From NCBI GenBank assembly GCA_035292445.1, contig DATDQB010000001.1, positions 71,530 to 135,529 on the forward strand: DNA of 64,000 nucleotides, in the 5' to 3' direction. Every line of letters starts with the position of its first letter. The first letter of the stretch is position 1. This DNA comes from Candidatus Omnitrophota bacterium (GTDB taxonomy: Bacteria > Omnitrophota > Gorgyraeia > Zapsychrales > Zapsychraceae). Of the stretch, positions 1 through 10,210 are shown piece after piece. The notes under the pieces are model-generated. The model did not search any database. It saw nothing but the letters and a program-made list of their open reading frames with translations, and was not told the origin of the DNA. The position numbers were made by a program, and so were the translations under genes.

Positions 1-2
1 GG

Positions 3-317
3 CGGACGCCGCAGATCCTTCAAGAATTTACGAAAGCCCTTTTCTATACCAATGATTGGAACATCATCTGGCTGGTGTTGCTTTTTTCTTTTATCCGCAT
101 CAGGGAGGGATTAAAACGAACTGAAGTTAAAGTCCTCTTGTTTACCGTTATTTCATATTTCGTCCTTTATTATGTCGTCTTCATTGCAACAAGCAACTAT
201 TACTGGATTGTGGGAGAAAAATCCTCGGACGCGTTGTCCCGGCTGGTCCTTCATTTCTTTCCTTTATCTACCCTACTGATCGTTCTTCTTAATTTCCCGG
301 CGACCAAAAAAGATTAG
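3..317 (+). CDS. C-terminal part of a multi-pass membrane protein (5' end outside window), possibly GT-C-like
   Basis: Frame is open from position 3 (RTPQILQEFTKALFYTNDWNIIWLVLL...) to TAG at 315-317; hydrophobic segments and an RLVLHFFP motif; converges on the GT2 cluster. Confidence 0.55.
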   Translation, partial: RTPQILQEFTKALFYTNDWNIIWLVLLFSFIRIREGLKRTEVKVLLFTVISYFVLYYVVFIATSNYYWIVGEKSSDALSRLVLHFFPLSTLLIVLLNFPATKKD

Positions 318-1729
318 GAATTCTTATTAACCCTGGCCGGGACAAAGACCAGCTCCCTGAAACCACGCGCACAGGCCTTCAAAAGATGAAGCCCGTGCTT
401 AAACGCCTTCATTTTGGATTCCCCTGCACGACGGTTCTTATAATGAACGGGCACCTCCAGAATTTTATTGCCCATCTTGGCGGCACCGAATATAAGATCG
501 AAATCCCCCCATTTATCCAACCCCATTTGTATATATTGATAATCCTTTTTATATAAAGCCTTCGTGCCGCAGAGGGTGTCGGTCAATGCCTGATTGGTAA
601 GAAAAGACATCAGTAAGGAAAACAATTTGTTCCCCAACTGGTTCAAGAAACGCATGGATTGGCCTTCTTTGGGATAGACCATCCTGGTGCCGTTAACGAA
701 CTGGCAAAGCCCTTTGTTAAGAGGATCAAAGAACCGCGGCAACTCCTCCGGCTCAACGGTCATGTCAGCATCCAAGATCATGATCACCTCTTGAGTGGCC
801 GCATCGAAACCGGACTTCACCGCATAGCCTTTGCCATGATTGGGCGAATAATCAATCAGCCTTAAGTTAGGGTATTCATGTTGCATATCTTTGACCAATG
901 CAGCTGTTTTGTCCCGGCTACCGTCATTAACCACAATGATCTCCGTATACTTTCCCATTTTTGGAATTCTTTTAATAGCTCCGACGATGTTGCCCTCTTC
1001 ATTGTAGCAGGGAATCACCACCGAGCACCCCAAGCCCAAATCCATCGTATTTTTAGCCGTTGGCTGAATGAGCATATAGGAAACGAAAGAAAGCTTATTA
1101 AACCCCCACAACCGAACCCCCAGGCTGTTGGCCAAATAAGATAAAAGCGGGATAAAAATGGGACTAGAAAGCAAATACCCGGTCTGGTTAATCTTAAAAT
1201 CAACCAGCTCCAGGATCTTTCCGATGTTACGCATGTCCAAATAATTTAAAGGCACATCCGGCGCCTTCCACCCGCATTTCTCGGCCAACTTATATAACGG
1301 GTCCCACCACGGGTTGACGTATGTTACAATGACCCTCGTTTGAGGATGACAGAAGCGGTAAATTTTCTCAAAAACCGTCATCACATCATACACATGATGA
1401 ATCAAGTCCGTCATGATGATGAAATCAAACTTCTCATCCGATTCAAAATCTTCAACGGAGGAATGAATAAAGTGAAGGCCGGGAAATTTTTTCTGGGCGA
1501 TCTTGACCATTTCTCGGCTGATATCGATGCCCACGCCGTAAGAGGCTTGCGTAACGGCAAGGATCTCCCCCGTGCCGCAGCCGATTTCCAGCACCCGGCA
1601 CTTGGGCTGGACGCTCTTTTGAATAAACGTCTTAATATTATCGTAATAATAACGGTTTTTACGTTTATACATATCGTATTGAGGGGCAAGCTCATCAAAA
1701 TGATCCTTAACCAAATCCGTTGCCTGCAT
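314..1729 (-). CDS. Bifunctional class I SAM methyltransferase / GT2 (DPM-synthase-like) glycosyltransferase
   Basis: VLEIGCGTG SAM motif N-terminally; SVVIPCYNE, VNDGSRD, ILDAD and TDTLCGTK GT2 motifs C-terminally. Confidence 0.9.
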   Translation of the reverse strand: MQATDLVKDHFDELAPQYDMYKRKNRYYYDNIKTFIQKSVQPKCRVLEIGCGTGEILAVTQASYGVGIDISREMVKIAQKKFPGLHFIHSSVEDFESDEKFDFIIMTDLIHHVYDVMTVFEKIYRFCHPQTRVIVTYVNPWWDPLYKLAEKCGWKAPDVPLNYLDMRNIGKILELVDFKINQTGYLLSSPIFIPLLSYLANSLGVRLWGFNKLSFVSYMLIQPTAKNTMDLGLGCSVVIPCYNEEGNIVGAIKRIPKMGKYTEIIVVNDGSRDKTAALVKDMQHEYPNLRLIDYSPNHGKGYAVKSGFDAATQEVIMILDADMTVEPEELPRFFDPLNKGLCQFVNGTRMVYPKEGQSMRFLNQLGNKLFSLLMSFLTNQALTDTLCGTKALYKKDYQYIQMGLDKWGDFDLIFGAAKMGNKILEVPVHYKNRRAGESKMKAFKHGLHLLKACARGFRELVFVPARVNKNS

Positions 1730-2523
1730 TAGAAACTCCTTCCTTGTTTACTCAATTGAATCGTATAAAACATCCCCAACCAACGATTAAACGGAATGAG
1801 AATAACCTCGAGTATTTTTATAAAAGAATAAGAAAATGAGGGTAACATCTGTTTCATGGACAGACCGCCACTGATTAAATAACAAAACGGCGTGTGGGCG
1901 CGTATGCTGTCAATGGAGAAACTGCCGAATGTGTCCAAGAAGCGTTGCCGGTCGCGGCAAAAGACGATCCAGGGAAGCGCGCCATTCGCATCCGACATCG
2001 GGCCGCTTCCTTCTATCTGCCAATCCGCTTTCCGGTCAAAATTTTCATGATGAAAATTGGTCCAAATAAATCTTGCCCATAACGTGTTGGCCGGCTCGAT
2101 CATCATGACCCGACCGCCCGGCTTGAGACAACGCTCCAACTCCTTAAGGAACATGCTAGGGTCTTTAATATGGTGAAAAACATCGATCATCAAAAAAGCG
2201 CTGACGCTTTGATCGCCAAAAGGGATGGATTGGCCGGAAAAACAAACGTCGACCTTAGGGATCTGTAAAATATCGCTGGTGACGACGGACGGCAAAACCT
2301 CTTTGATGAACCCGCCGCCGCTTCCCAATTCTACGATAACTTCGCCGCCACTTAAAGGCCCCAGCATTATAGCAAAGCGCCGATAAAAATCCTTATAAAC
2401 CTGGTACAAAAACTTCTTTTGACGGATGATCTGGGCATGGATCAACGTCGCGCCCGGATCATCAAGACTGGAGATACCCTTGGCCTGGGGAAGCCTTAAC
2501 CACTCGATTAATTTATCTTTCAT
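1729..2523 (-). CDS. Class I SAM-dependent methyltransferase
   Basis: IVELGSGGG motif I; DVFHH; RCLKPGGR motif. Confidence 0.85.
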   Translation of the reverse strand: MKDKLIEWLRLPQAKGISSLDDPGATLIHAQIIRQKKFLYQVYKDFYRRFAIMLGPLSGGEVIVELGSGGGFIKEVLPSVVTSDILQIPKVDVCFSGQSIPFGDQSVSAFLMIDVFHHIKDPSMFLKELERCLKPGGRVMMIEPANTLWARFIWTNFHHENFDRKADWQIEGSGPMSDANGALPWIVFCRDRQRFLDTFGSFSIDSIRAHTPFCYLISGGLSMKQMLPSFSYSFIKILEVILIPFNRWLGMFYTIQLSKQGRSF

Positions 2524-2529
2524 AAGATT

Positions 2530-3948
2530 TTAGATGAAACGGATCTTGCGCATGGCGAAAAAAGTCATTTTGATAAGCAGCCACCCATGCTGAAAACGGC
2601 TGATTTGACTCGTGCCGTAAGTCCTGGCTTTATACTGCACCGGTATCTCGATGATCCTCAAATGGAGTTTGGCGGCGCCGAAAAGAAGGTCGAAATCACC
2701 AAAGGGATCGAAATCACCAAAGTAGCTACGGTTAGCGGCGATCTTTTCATAATCTTGCCTCCAAAGGACTTTGGTCCCGCATAGAGTATCTTTTAAATAT
2801 TGGCCGAGCAAATACGTGAGCGCGTTACTGAACAATCGGTTGGCTATCATGTTAAGGAACCGCATCGCTTGGCTTTCCATGCGGTAAACCAACCGGCTGC
2901 CGTTGATGAATTCCCCTTTCCCTTTGACCAACGCATCAAAAAATTTCGGCATATCCTCGGGAGCGGTCGTCAGATCGGCATCCAGGATCATTAACACATC
3001 CCCCTTTGCCAGCGCAAAACCCTCGCGGACCGCATCCCCTTTTCCTTTGCCCTTTTGGACCAACACTTTAATATTTTTGTCCCGATACTTTTGCTGGACC
3101 CTGAGGCACTCTTCATACGTGCCGTCTTTGGAATGGCCCTCCACAAAAATAAACTCTGTCTTGGCACCCATGGCCGGCGTCCTGGCAACAGCCTGTTCGA
3201 TGTTCCCTTTCTCGTTGCGGCAGGGGATCACGACCGAGCAACTGACTTTGGCCGGGTCTTTTCTGGTACCGATGGGCTGAAAGATCAAAATATGATTGAA
3301 CGCCAAACTCCTGAAAAACGGCAAATGTACGATGTATTTGTTGAAAAGTGTTGAAAGAAACGGTATGTAAATCGGGAAAAGAAAATGATGGGTGATGGTA
3401 ACAACACGAAAATCGCTTAACTGAAGAAGGTTTTTTAAATCTTTGGTGGAGAGCCAGTGCTGTTCCGGCCATTTCATGCGTAGCCCCAATATTTCAGCCA
3501 ACTTCAAAACAGGGCGCCACAAATGGCTATGGTAGATCAGGATCACTTTTGTTTCAGGCCGGCAGACGGTGTGGATCTGATCGAAGGCCGCTTGAAGGTC
3601 ATCGGCGTAACCGATAATGTTATTGATCAAAACGTAATCGAATGTTTCATTGATAGAAAGCTGGTCGATTTGACCGACGTGGAAATCCAGGAAAGGGAAT
3701 TTTTTCTTGGCCAGCTCAACGGTGTGTTGGCTGAAATCAATACCCACGCCGCGTTTTGGGTCCAAGGCGGCGAGCTGCTCTCCGGTATGACAGCCGATCT
3801 CTAAAACGTTCGCTTGGGAAGGGATAAGAAACCGGACGTAGTTCCTTAAATGACGGTGGTAATACTCATTCTTGCGTATGAACTCTTCTCTCGATAAATC
3901 AACGGCCTCAAAATCGATACGCACCTTATTATGCGTTTGGGTATCCAT
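2530..3948 (-). CDS. Second bifunctional methyltransferase / GT2 glycosyltransferase (paralog of 314..1729)
   Basis: VLEIGCHTG; SVVIPCRNE, ILDAD, DTLCGTK, GDFDLLFGA; same architecture as 314..1729. Confidence 0.9.
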   Translation of the reverse strand: MDTQTHNKVRIDFEAVDLSREEFIRKNEYYHRHLRNYVRFLIPSQANVLEIGCHTGEQLAALDPKRGVGIDFSQHTVELAKKKFPFLDFHVGQIDQLSINETFDYVLINNIIGYADDLQAAFDQIHTVCRPETKVILIYHSHLWRPVLKLAEILGLRMKWPEQHWLSTKDLKNLLQLSDFRVVTITHHFLFPIYIPFLSTLFNKYIVHLPFFRSLAFNHILIFQPIGTRKDPAKVSCSVVIPCRNEKGNIEQAVARTPAMGAKTEFIFVEGHSKDGTYEECLRVQQKYRDKNIKVLVQKGKGKGDAVREGFALAKGDVLMILDADLTTAPEDMPKFFDALVKGKGEFINGSRLVYRMESQAMRFLNMIANRLFSNALTYLLGQYLKDTLCGTKVLWRQDYEKIAANRSYFGDFDPFGDFDLLFGAAKLHLRIIEIPVQYKARTYGTSQISRFQHGWLLIKMTFFAMRKIRFI

Positions 3949-3959
3949 GCGTATCCCAA

Positions 3960-4742
3960 TTATCTTCGGTCACGTAATTTGGACAACAAGCGTAATATCT
4001 CGATATACAGCCAAACTAACGTCACGATAAGGCCGAAGGCGGCGTACCATTCCATGTAACGCGGCAGCCCCATCTGGGATCCGTGTTCAATGAAATCAAA
4101 GTCTAATACCAGATTTAATGCCGCGATCGTAACAACGACCAGGCTAAAACCGATTCCCCAAGGGCCGCTGTCATGGATGAACGGCATGGACGCACCGAAA
4201 AAGCTCATGACCCAGCTGACCAAATAAATAAGGCATATGGCACCGGTCGCTGCCACGATGCCCAATTTAAAATTTTCCGTGGCTTTAACCATGCCTGATT
4301 TATACGCCATCAGAAGGCAAAAAAGCGTGCCGAAGGTCAAGGCGATCGCCTGAACGACGATCCCCGGATAGTTCAGTTCAAAAATGGCTGAAATCCCGCC
4401 GATAAAAAGCCCCTCGCACAGCGCATAAACGGGCGCTGTCACCGGCGACCAGGCTTTCTTGAAGATCGTCACCAGCCCAGCCACAAATCCCAGCACCAGG
4501 CCAAACATCATTAAGGGAGCGAACGTCTGGGAAATTTGCGTGGCTGGGCCTTCCAACCCTTCCATTAAGGGCGCCGGCTGCATCAGCTTGTTCCACACCC
4601 AGCTGGCTGAAATAACCAAAAGAATCAGTAAAACGAATGTCTTATTGATAGTACCCTGAAGGGTCATCGTCGCCCCGGCACCGAAGCTTCCGATTTGGGA
4701 AAACGTTTTTTCGTTTAAAGCAGGGTTTGCTGTTCTCATCAT
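3960..4742 (-). CDS. Bax inhibitor-1/YccA-like membrane protein
   Basis: MRTANPAL N-terminus, MTLQGTINKT, multiple TM helices, LDFDFIE and LVWLYIEILRLL C-terminus; strong SD upstream. Confidence 0.85.
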   Translation of the reverse strand: MMRTANPALNEKTFSQIGSFGAGATMTLQGTINKTFVLLILLVISASWVWNKLMQPAPLMEGLEGPATQISQTFAPLMMFGLVLGFVAGLVTIFKKAWSPVTAPVYALCEGLFIGGISAIFELNYPGIVVQAIALTFGTLFCLLMAYKSGMVKATENFKLGIVAATGAICLIYLVSWVMSFFGASMPFIHDSGPWGIGFSLVVVTIAALNLVLDFDFIEHGSQMGLPRYMEWYAAFGLIVTLVWLYIEILRLLSKLRDRR

Positions 4743-4781
4743 GATTCCTTACCTCCTATGAATTTTTCTTTATTATACATT

Positions 4782-5228
4782 CTAAAACAACCCTACCGCA
4801 ATATGCATGATAATATTTGTATAAATGCCAGCCATGAGGTCATCCGCCATAATACCCAAACTGCCTTTAAGATTCTCCAGTCTTTTGATCGGATAGATCT
4901 TCGTGATATCAAACAGACGGAAAAGGACAAAAGCCCCTATCAAAACCGATGGTTGGGGCGGCAGAAGAAAACATGCCAACAACATGCCGGCAACCTCGTC
5001 AATGACCACCTCAGGCGGATCCCGGCGTTTGAGGACCCCTTCGGCCGGTTCGCTGATGATAAGCCCTAAAAGAACAAGGCCAACCAATACAAGTAAATAC
5101 AACGGAAAAACAGGCTGCAGGATGAGATAAATAAGAACGCCAACTGCACTGGCAACGGTCCCGGGAGCATAAGGGACACTACCGACATAAAAAAATGTAG
5201 CTATAAGTTTGATCAGTTTATCGGACAC
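4782..5228 (-). CDS. pgpA: Phosphatidylglycerophosphatase A
   Basis: APGT, DPPEVVIDEVAG, FRLFDITK, GIMADDLMAG motifs; downstream of pgsA. Confidence 0.93.
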   Translation of the reverse strand: MSDKLIKLIATFFYVGSVPYAPGTVASAVGVLIYLILQPVFPLYLLVLVGLVLLGLIISEPAEGVLKRRDPPEVVIDEVAGMLLACFLLPPQPSVLIGAFVLFRLFDITKIYPIKRLENLKGSLGIMADDLMAGIYTNIIMHIAVGLF

Positions 5229-5793
5229 GGCTGAGCTTTCGATGGTTCTTTAAAAAATCCAGGCCGGAAATAACAGTCAAGAGGACGGCTACCCACATCA
5301 AGATCGCAACACCCATTTGCCAATACTGCCAAGTCTGGTGGGACCAGCCCGTTGTCTGCGCCGCGTCTTTAAGTATCATGTAAATTAAGATGACAGAAAT
5401 AACGGTCGTTTGGGAAACCGTCTTGATTTTACCCAAATTCTCCGCGGCGAGGACTTCTCCTTTTTTAATGGCATATAACCTGACCAGCGTAACCAGTACT
5501 TCCCGGAAACAAATGACCCAAAACATCCAGGCGGCGATCAACCGCAATATCATAAAAATGTAAAAAGCTGACAGCATCAGGAACTTATCGGCAATCGGGT
5601 CCATGATCTTACCGAAATCCGTAATGAGATTCCTTTTCTTGGCGATATAACCGTCCAAAATGTCTGTAAAGGAGGCCAATATAAATATCATGGTCGCAGC
5701 CAGACGCGCCGCTACTCCTTCCTGCAGAAGAAAGGCAATAAACACGACGGTAAGAAGCATTCGGGAAAGCGTTAATAGATTGGGAAAATTCAT
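5218..5793 (-). CDS. pgsA: CDP-diacylglycerol--glycerol-3-phosphate 3-phosphatidyltransferase
   Basis: PNLLTLSR and DILDGYIAKK...GKIMDPIADK CDP-alcohol phosphatidyltransferase signature. Confidence 0.95.
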   Translation of the reverse strand: MNFPNLLTLSRMLLTVVFIAFLLQEGVAARLAATMIFILASFTDILDGYIAKKRNLITDFGKIMDPIADKFLMLSAFYIFMILRLIAAWMFWVICFREVLVTLVRLYAIKKGEVLAAENLGKIKTVSQTTVISVILIYMILKDAAQTTGWSHQTWQYWQMGVAILMWVAVLLTVISGLDFLKNHRKLSRVR

Positions 5794-7103
5794 ATGACCT
5801 CTCCGGACAAATCATATTCATAGGCATCATTGATCTGGACAGAAACGAAATCGCCGGGCTTAAGTTTTCTCGATGAATGGACATAAACGATGCCGTCAAC
5901 ATCGGGGGCGTCATATTCGCTGCGGCCCAGATAAATGCCTTTTGTCTGGTGTTGGACCTCATCGATCAAGACTTTCAGTGTGCGTCCCACGTAAGATGCT
6001 TGAATGTCGCGGGAAATATCCTGTTGCACGCGCATTAATTCATCCAGCCTCTGTTTCTTGATCCGGTTAGGCACCTGATCCGGCATGCCATAGGCGGCCG
6101 TCCCCTCTTCACGCGAATAGATAAAAACGCCCAGCTTTTCAAACCGCGTTTGCTTGACAAAATCGGTCAGCTCCTTGAAGTCCTCCTCCCCCTCACCAGG
6201 CAAGCCGACGATAAACGTCGTCCTTAAACTCCCTGCCGGTATTTTATCATGGAACTTTCTCATCAGCTCCTTGGTCTGCTGGGTGGTGATGTTGCGGTTC
6301 ATGCTCAGTAAAAGATGGTCGCTGATATGCTGCAGCGGAATATCGATGTATTTGCAAATTTTCTCTTCCCCGGCCATGACCTCGATCAATTCATCCGTCA
6401 CGTGGGCCGGAAAGGCGTACAAAAGCCGGATCCATTCGATAGAATGACAGTCCCGGGAAATTTTTCTCAGCAGCTTTGCCAAACTTAACTCATGATAAAG
6501 GTCCATCCCGTAAGCGGTAATGTCCTGCCCGATCAAATTGATCTCCTTGACGCCCTTCTCATCCAATCGTTGGACTTCCTCCTGAATGGACTCCATCGTC
6601 CTGGAAACGAACTTGCCCTTTATTTTCGGAATAATGCAAAAACTGCAACGGTTATAGCAGCTTTCGGAGATCTTGACGTAGGCGGTGTGCGGGGCTGTCA
6701 ACGAAACGCTGCTGGGGATGGAATTCTTGTCCAGCTGCTGCGTTCCGATGATCGCATCGATGTCCTTGAATTCTTTTTTAAGCTCCTGTGCGTAGCGCTG
6801 GGCCAGGCAGCCGGCCACGATCACTTTCTTGATCTTTCCCTCTTTTTTCGCTTCCAGCAGATCCATGATGGTATCAAGGGATTCCTGCTTGGCCTCCTCG
6901 ATGAAAGCGCACGTATTGACGAAAACGATGTCGGATTGCTCCACATCGACAATACGGTGCCCCTGGCGTTTGAGGTTGGAGAGGATGGTTTGCGAATCGA
7001 CCACATTACGGGCACAGCCCAGGTTGATGACACCCACCTTTGGGCCGATGGAAACACGCTGCTTGTGAAAATCCTTCGTTGTTTGAGGATGGTTCTTTAT
7101 CAT
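5790..7103 (-). CDS. rimO: Ribosomal protein S12 methylthiotransferase RimO
   Basis: LGCARN/NTCAFI/GCLAQRY N-domain, CxxxCxxC (CYNRCSFC), C-terminal TRAM with APDVDG; rodZ-rimO-pgsA synteny. Confidence 0.92.
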   Translation of the reverse strand: MIKNHPQTTKDFHKQRVSIGPKVGVINLGCARNVVDSQTILSNLKRQGHRIVDVEQSDIVFVNTCAFIEEAKQESLDTIMDLLEAKKEGKIKKVIVAGCLAQRYAQELKKEFKDIDAIIGTQQLDKNSIPSSVSLTAPHTAYVKISESCYNRCSFCIIPKIKGKFVSRTMESIQEEVQRLDEKGVKEINLIGQDITAYGMDLYHELSLAKLLRKISRDCHSIEWIRLLYAFPAHVTDELIEVMAGEEKICKYIDIPLQHISDHLLLSMNRNITTQQTKELMRKFHDKIPAGSLRTTFIVGLPGEGEEDFKELTDFVKQTRFEKLGVFIYSREEGTAAYGMPDQVPNRIKKQRLDELMRVQQDISRDIQASYVGRTLKVLIDEVQHQTKGIYLGRSEYDAPDVDGIVYVHSSRKLKPGDFVSVQINDAYEYDLSGEVI

Positions 7104-7104
7104 T

Positions 7105-7980
7105 TTATTTGGTGACGGAAAGGCCTTCTTGGGTCACCAGGAGGCCCTTAGCCCCTCGGGAAGAACGGCCCAGCGAACCGATCAATTTTCCGTTTAACTC
7201 AAATTCCAACTGGGTGATGTTGCGGCCCGTAATTTCGATCTCATTATCCGCCTCCCATGTTTCGGCTTCGCCGGCATTTAACGTCGATTGAAAAACGACC
7301 ACGCCGTCGGATTTAACGCGCAGCCAACTGCTCTTTTTGGCCCGCACCGTTAAGACAACGTTCTTGCCGATGGAAGCGGCCTGCGTTGTTTGAGATTCCC
7401 CGACAGCTTCGACAACGGCTACGACCGAGGCGGCGGATTCTTTGGCTCTCTTATTTTCTTTGACCGCAGATGATACGGGGGGCATTAGCTCCTCAATAGC
7501 CGTTTCCTCAACTTGAGAGCTGGGGGGTTCTTTCTCGGCAGGTTTATGGGACATGAGAAAACCTATGATCTTAAATAACATGAATAACGCCGCCAGAGCA
7601 GCCATAACATACAAGATCTGCCGCTTTCTTTGTTTGGTGAAAATTTTATCCAACCCTTCCCCCAGATCAAAATCAAATACCGGTTCACGTTCGATATGCC
7701 TAGGAAGCATCTCTTTTTTATAATCGTCCAGCACTTGTGCCAGATCGACATCCAAATAGTTGGCATAAATTTTCATAAAACTTCGGTAATAAAAAGTGGA
7801 GAGATTGCGGACCTTATACCCTTCCTCGATGCCGCGCAAGGCATCCATGGGGATCTTGGTCGCTTCATGGACCGTTTGCAAGGACAGCCCTTTTTCTTCC
7901 CGGGCCGCTTTTAATATCTTCCCCTTGGGCGTGGGCTGGTCTTGAAGGGCCTGGGCATTTTCTGTTCGGGGATCACTCAT
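7105..7980 (-). CDS. rodZ: RodZ-like protein (HTH, TM, DUF4115)
   Basis: N-terminal HTH (LKAAREEKGLS...IEEG...YANYL), single TM, C-terminal SWLRVKSDG beta domain; between ftsK and rimO. Confidence 0.8.
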   Translation of the reverse strand: MSDPRTENAQALQDQPTPKGKILKAAREEKGLSLQTVHEATKIPMDALRGIEEGYKVRNLSTFYYRSFMKIYANYLDVDLAQVLDDYKKEMLPRHIEREPVFDFDLGEGLDKIFTKQRKRQILYVMAALAALFMLFKIIGFLMSHKPAEKEPPSSQVEETAIEELMPPVSSAVKENKRAKESAASVVAVVEAVGESQTTQAASIGKNVVLTVRAKKSSWLRVKSDGVVVFQSTLNAGEAETWEADNEIEITGRNITQLEFELNGKLIGSLGRSSRGAKGLLVTQEGLSVTK

Positions 7981-10210
7981 TGGGTTTATTTTCCTGTCCC
8001 TTCTTCATATTCTCCAGAAGCCATTGCTCCCGATCGACCAAAATGTCCCGAGGCTTACTGCCGACATAAGGGCCCACAAGGCCGTTTTGCTCCATCATAT
8101 CGATGAGCCTCGCCGCCCTTGTGTATCCCAACCGCAGCCTTCGTTGCAAGATGGAAACGGAGGCTTGATTCGTCTCGATCACCAAACGCACGGCTTCATC
8201 GTAAAACTCATCCTGCTGCTGGGGAGAGCCGATAGCTCCGGTTTTTTGCTGTTCTAAGATGGCTTCATTGTAACTGGGCGCCTGTTGGTTCTTAATGAAA
8301 GAGATGACGCGGCCGATTTCCTCATCACTGACCAAATTGCTCTGGCCACGGATAGGCTTGGCATCCCCGGGCTTGAGAAAGAGCATATCGCCTTTACCCA
8401 AAAGCGTCTCAGCGCCGTTCATATCCAATACCGTACGGCTGTCAACTTTGGAGGCCACCTTAAAGGAAATGCGTGCCGGGAAATTTGCTTTAATGACGCC
8501 CGTGATGACATTAACCGACGGCCGTTGCGTGGCCAGAATCAGATGGATACCGACCGCCCGGGATAATTGGGCGAGCCGTGTAATCGCGCTTTCTACACCT
8601 TTTGCGGCGACCTGCATCAAATCCGCCAACTCATCAATAAGAACAATAATATAAGGCATGCGATGGCCTTTTTCGTTATAGGAGCTTATATTTCGGGTAC
8701 CGGCGTTGGAGAGCTTCTTATAACGGTTCTCCATTTCCCCGACAACCCAATTGAGAACAGCTGAAGCCCTCTTGGTATCTGTTACCGTTGGGCATAAAAG
8801 ATGCGGAATATCATTATATTGGGCCATCTCGACCATCTTGGGATCGACTATGACCAGTTTTACCTCATCGGGTGCGGCGCTCATCAAAAGAGACATGATA
8901 AGCCCGTTCACACAAACCGTTTTACCCGATCCGGTCGTTCCCGCGATCAGAAGGTGCGGCATATCCGCCAAATCCGCCACAATTGGTTTACCGGCCGTAT
9001 CTTTTCCCAAAGCCAGCATAATCTTAGAATTGGAAGAACGAAACTCCTGGCTCATCAATACTTCTTTAAGATACACCATGGCCGAGGCGCTGTTGGGGAC
9101 TTCAATGCCCACTCTGTTCTTGCCCGGGATGGGCGCAACAACACGCACCGTTGCGGCCTTCATGGCAAGCGCGATATCATCCTGAAGGGTGGTGAATTTT
9201 TGGACCTTGACGCCGGGGGCTGGCTCCAATTCATACCGCGTAATCGCCGGGCCGCGCTCGATATCGGCGACCCTGGCGCTAACGCCGAAATCGGCCAACG
9301 TCTGTTCCAAAAGCCGCGCGCCGCTCATGAGATCGCTTTGTAACTTGTTGGTTGAAATGGCCGGAGGATCATTAAGAAGGTCCAGCGCAGGTAATGTGTA
9401 GGTTCCGATCACCGCAGGCTCCTCTTCCTCGAAATCCTGAACCTGCGTAACAGGCTCGGCGATCTTGATCTTGGGTTTCTTCGCTTTCTCTTTCAACTCT
9501 TCATCCGGCGCTTTTTTTCCATTCTTTTCGGTCTCTTCTCTTTTCCCGTTTTTCAAAACAGCTTCCTTGGCGGCAACATTATTTTTGGACATAACCGGTT
9601 GTCCCCAATTAATATGAGGACGAATCAAGGGTGATTTGATCTTTGCTTCTTTACCGAATTTTTCTTTGAGGTCGGGAAAAAACAGCCTGATCTTCTCAAA
9701 AAACTCCATAAATATCGGCGTGACCAAAAACTCTCCCGTCAGAATAAGCGCCATCATGCCCACCGACAATAACATAATATAACTGCCGAATTCTCCCAAA
9801 TATTTGACAAGAAAATTCGATAACAGCACCCCCACCAAGCCGGAGAGTTCAAAACGGTGTACCGCCTCCGGATTACCTATCATGCTCAACAAAGCGCTAA
9901 TTATGCAGATGAGGACGACGGAGCTGATCAATTTTGGCCAGGTAAATCGGATGTCCCTTGAGGCGAATTTGTTCCAGCTCCAGAAGAAAAGAAACACGAC
10001 CAGCGCATAGGCACTGCGACCAAAAATAAACAGCAACACCCCCGCGAGATAGGCGCCACTGATGCGGATCAGATTCTTAGCCGGAATATTGGGGGAGGAT
10101 GTGTACCAGGGAAGGTCTCCGGGAACGAATGAAATCAGGCTCGCAAGAAGAATCATCCCAGCGGCCAGAACGATGATCGCCTTGATTTCATTAATATGTT
10201 CTTGTTTCAT
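7973..10210 (-). CDS. ftsK: DNA translocase FtsK/SpoIIIE
   Basis: N-terminal TM domain, PHLLIAGTTGSGKT Walker A, LATQRPS, gamma domain LQRRLRLGYTRAARLID. Confidence 0.96.
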   Translation of the reverse strand: MKQEHINEIKAIIVLAAGMILLASLISFVPGDLPWYTSSPNIPAKNLIRISGAYLAGVLLFIFGRSAYALVVFLFFWSWNKFASRDIRFTWPKLISSVVLICIISALLSMIGNPEAVHRFELSGLVGVLLSNFLVKYLGEFGSYIMLLSVGMMALILTGEFLVTPIFMEFFEKIRLFFPDLKEKFGKEAKIKSPLIRPHINWGQPVMSKNNVAAKEAVLKNGKREETEKNGKKAPDEELKEKAKKPKIKIAEPVTQVQDFEEEEPAVIGTYTLPALDLLNDPPAISTNKLQSDLMSGARLLEQTLADFGVSARVADIERGPAITRYELEPAPGVKVQKFTTLQDDIALAMKAATVRVVAPIPGKNRVGIEVPNSASAMVYLKEVLMSQEFRSSNSKIMLALGKDTAGKPIVADLADMPHLLIAGTTGSGKTVCVNGLIMSLLMSAAPDEVKLVIVDPKMVEMAQYNDIPHLLCPTVTDTKRASAVLNWVVGEMENRYKKLSNAGTRNISSYNEKGHRMPYIIVLIDELADLMQVAAKGVESAITRLAQLSRAVGIHLILATQRPSVNVITGVIKANFPARISFKVASKVDSRTVLDMNGAETLLGKGDMLFLKPGDAKPIRGQSNLVSDEEIGRVISFIKNQQAPSYNEAILEQQKTGAIGSPQQQDEFYDEAVRLVIETNQASVSILQRRLRLGYTRAARLIDMMEQNGLVGPYVGSKPRDILVDREQWLLENMKKGQENKPNE

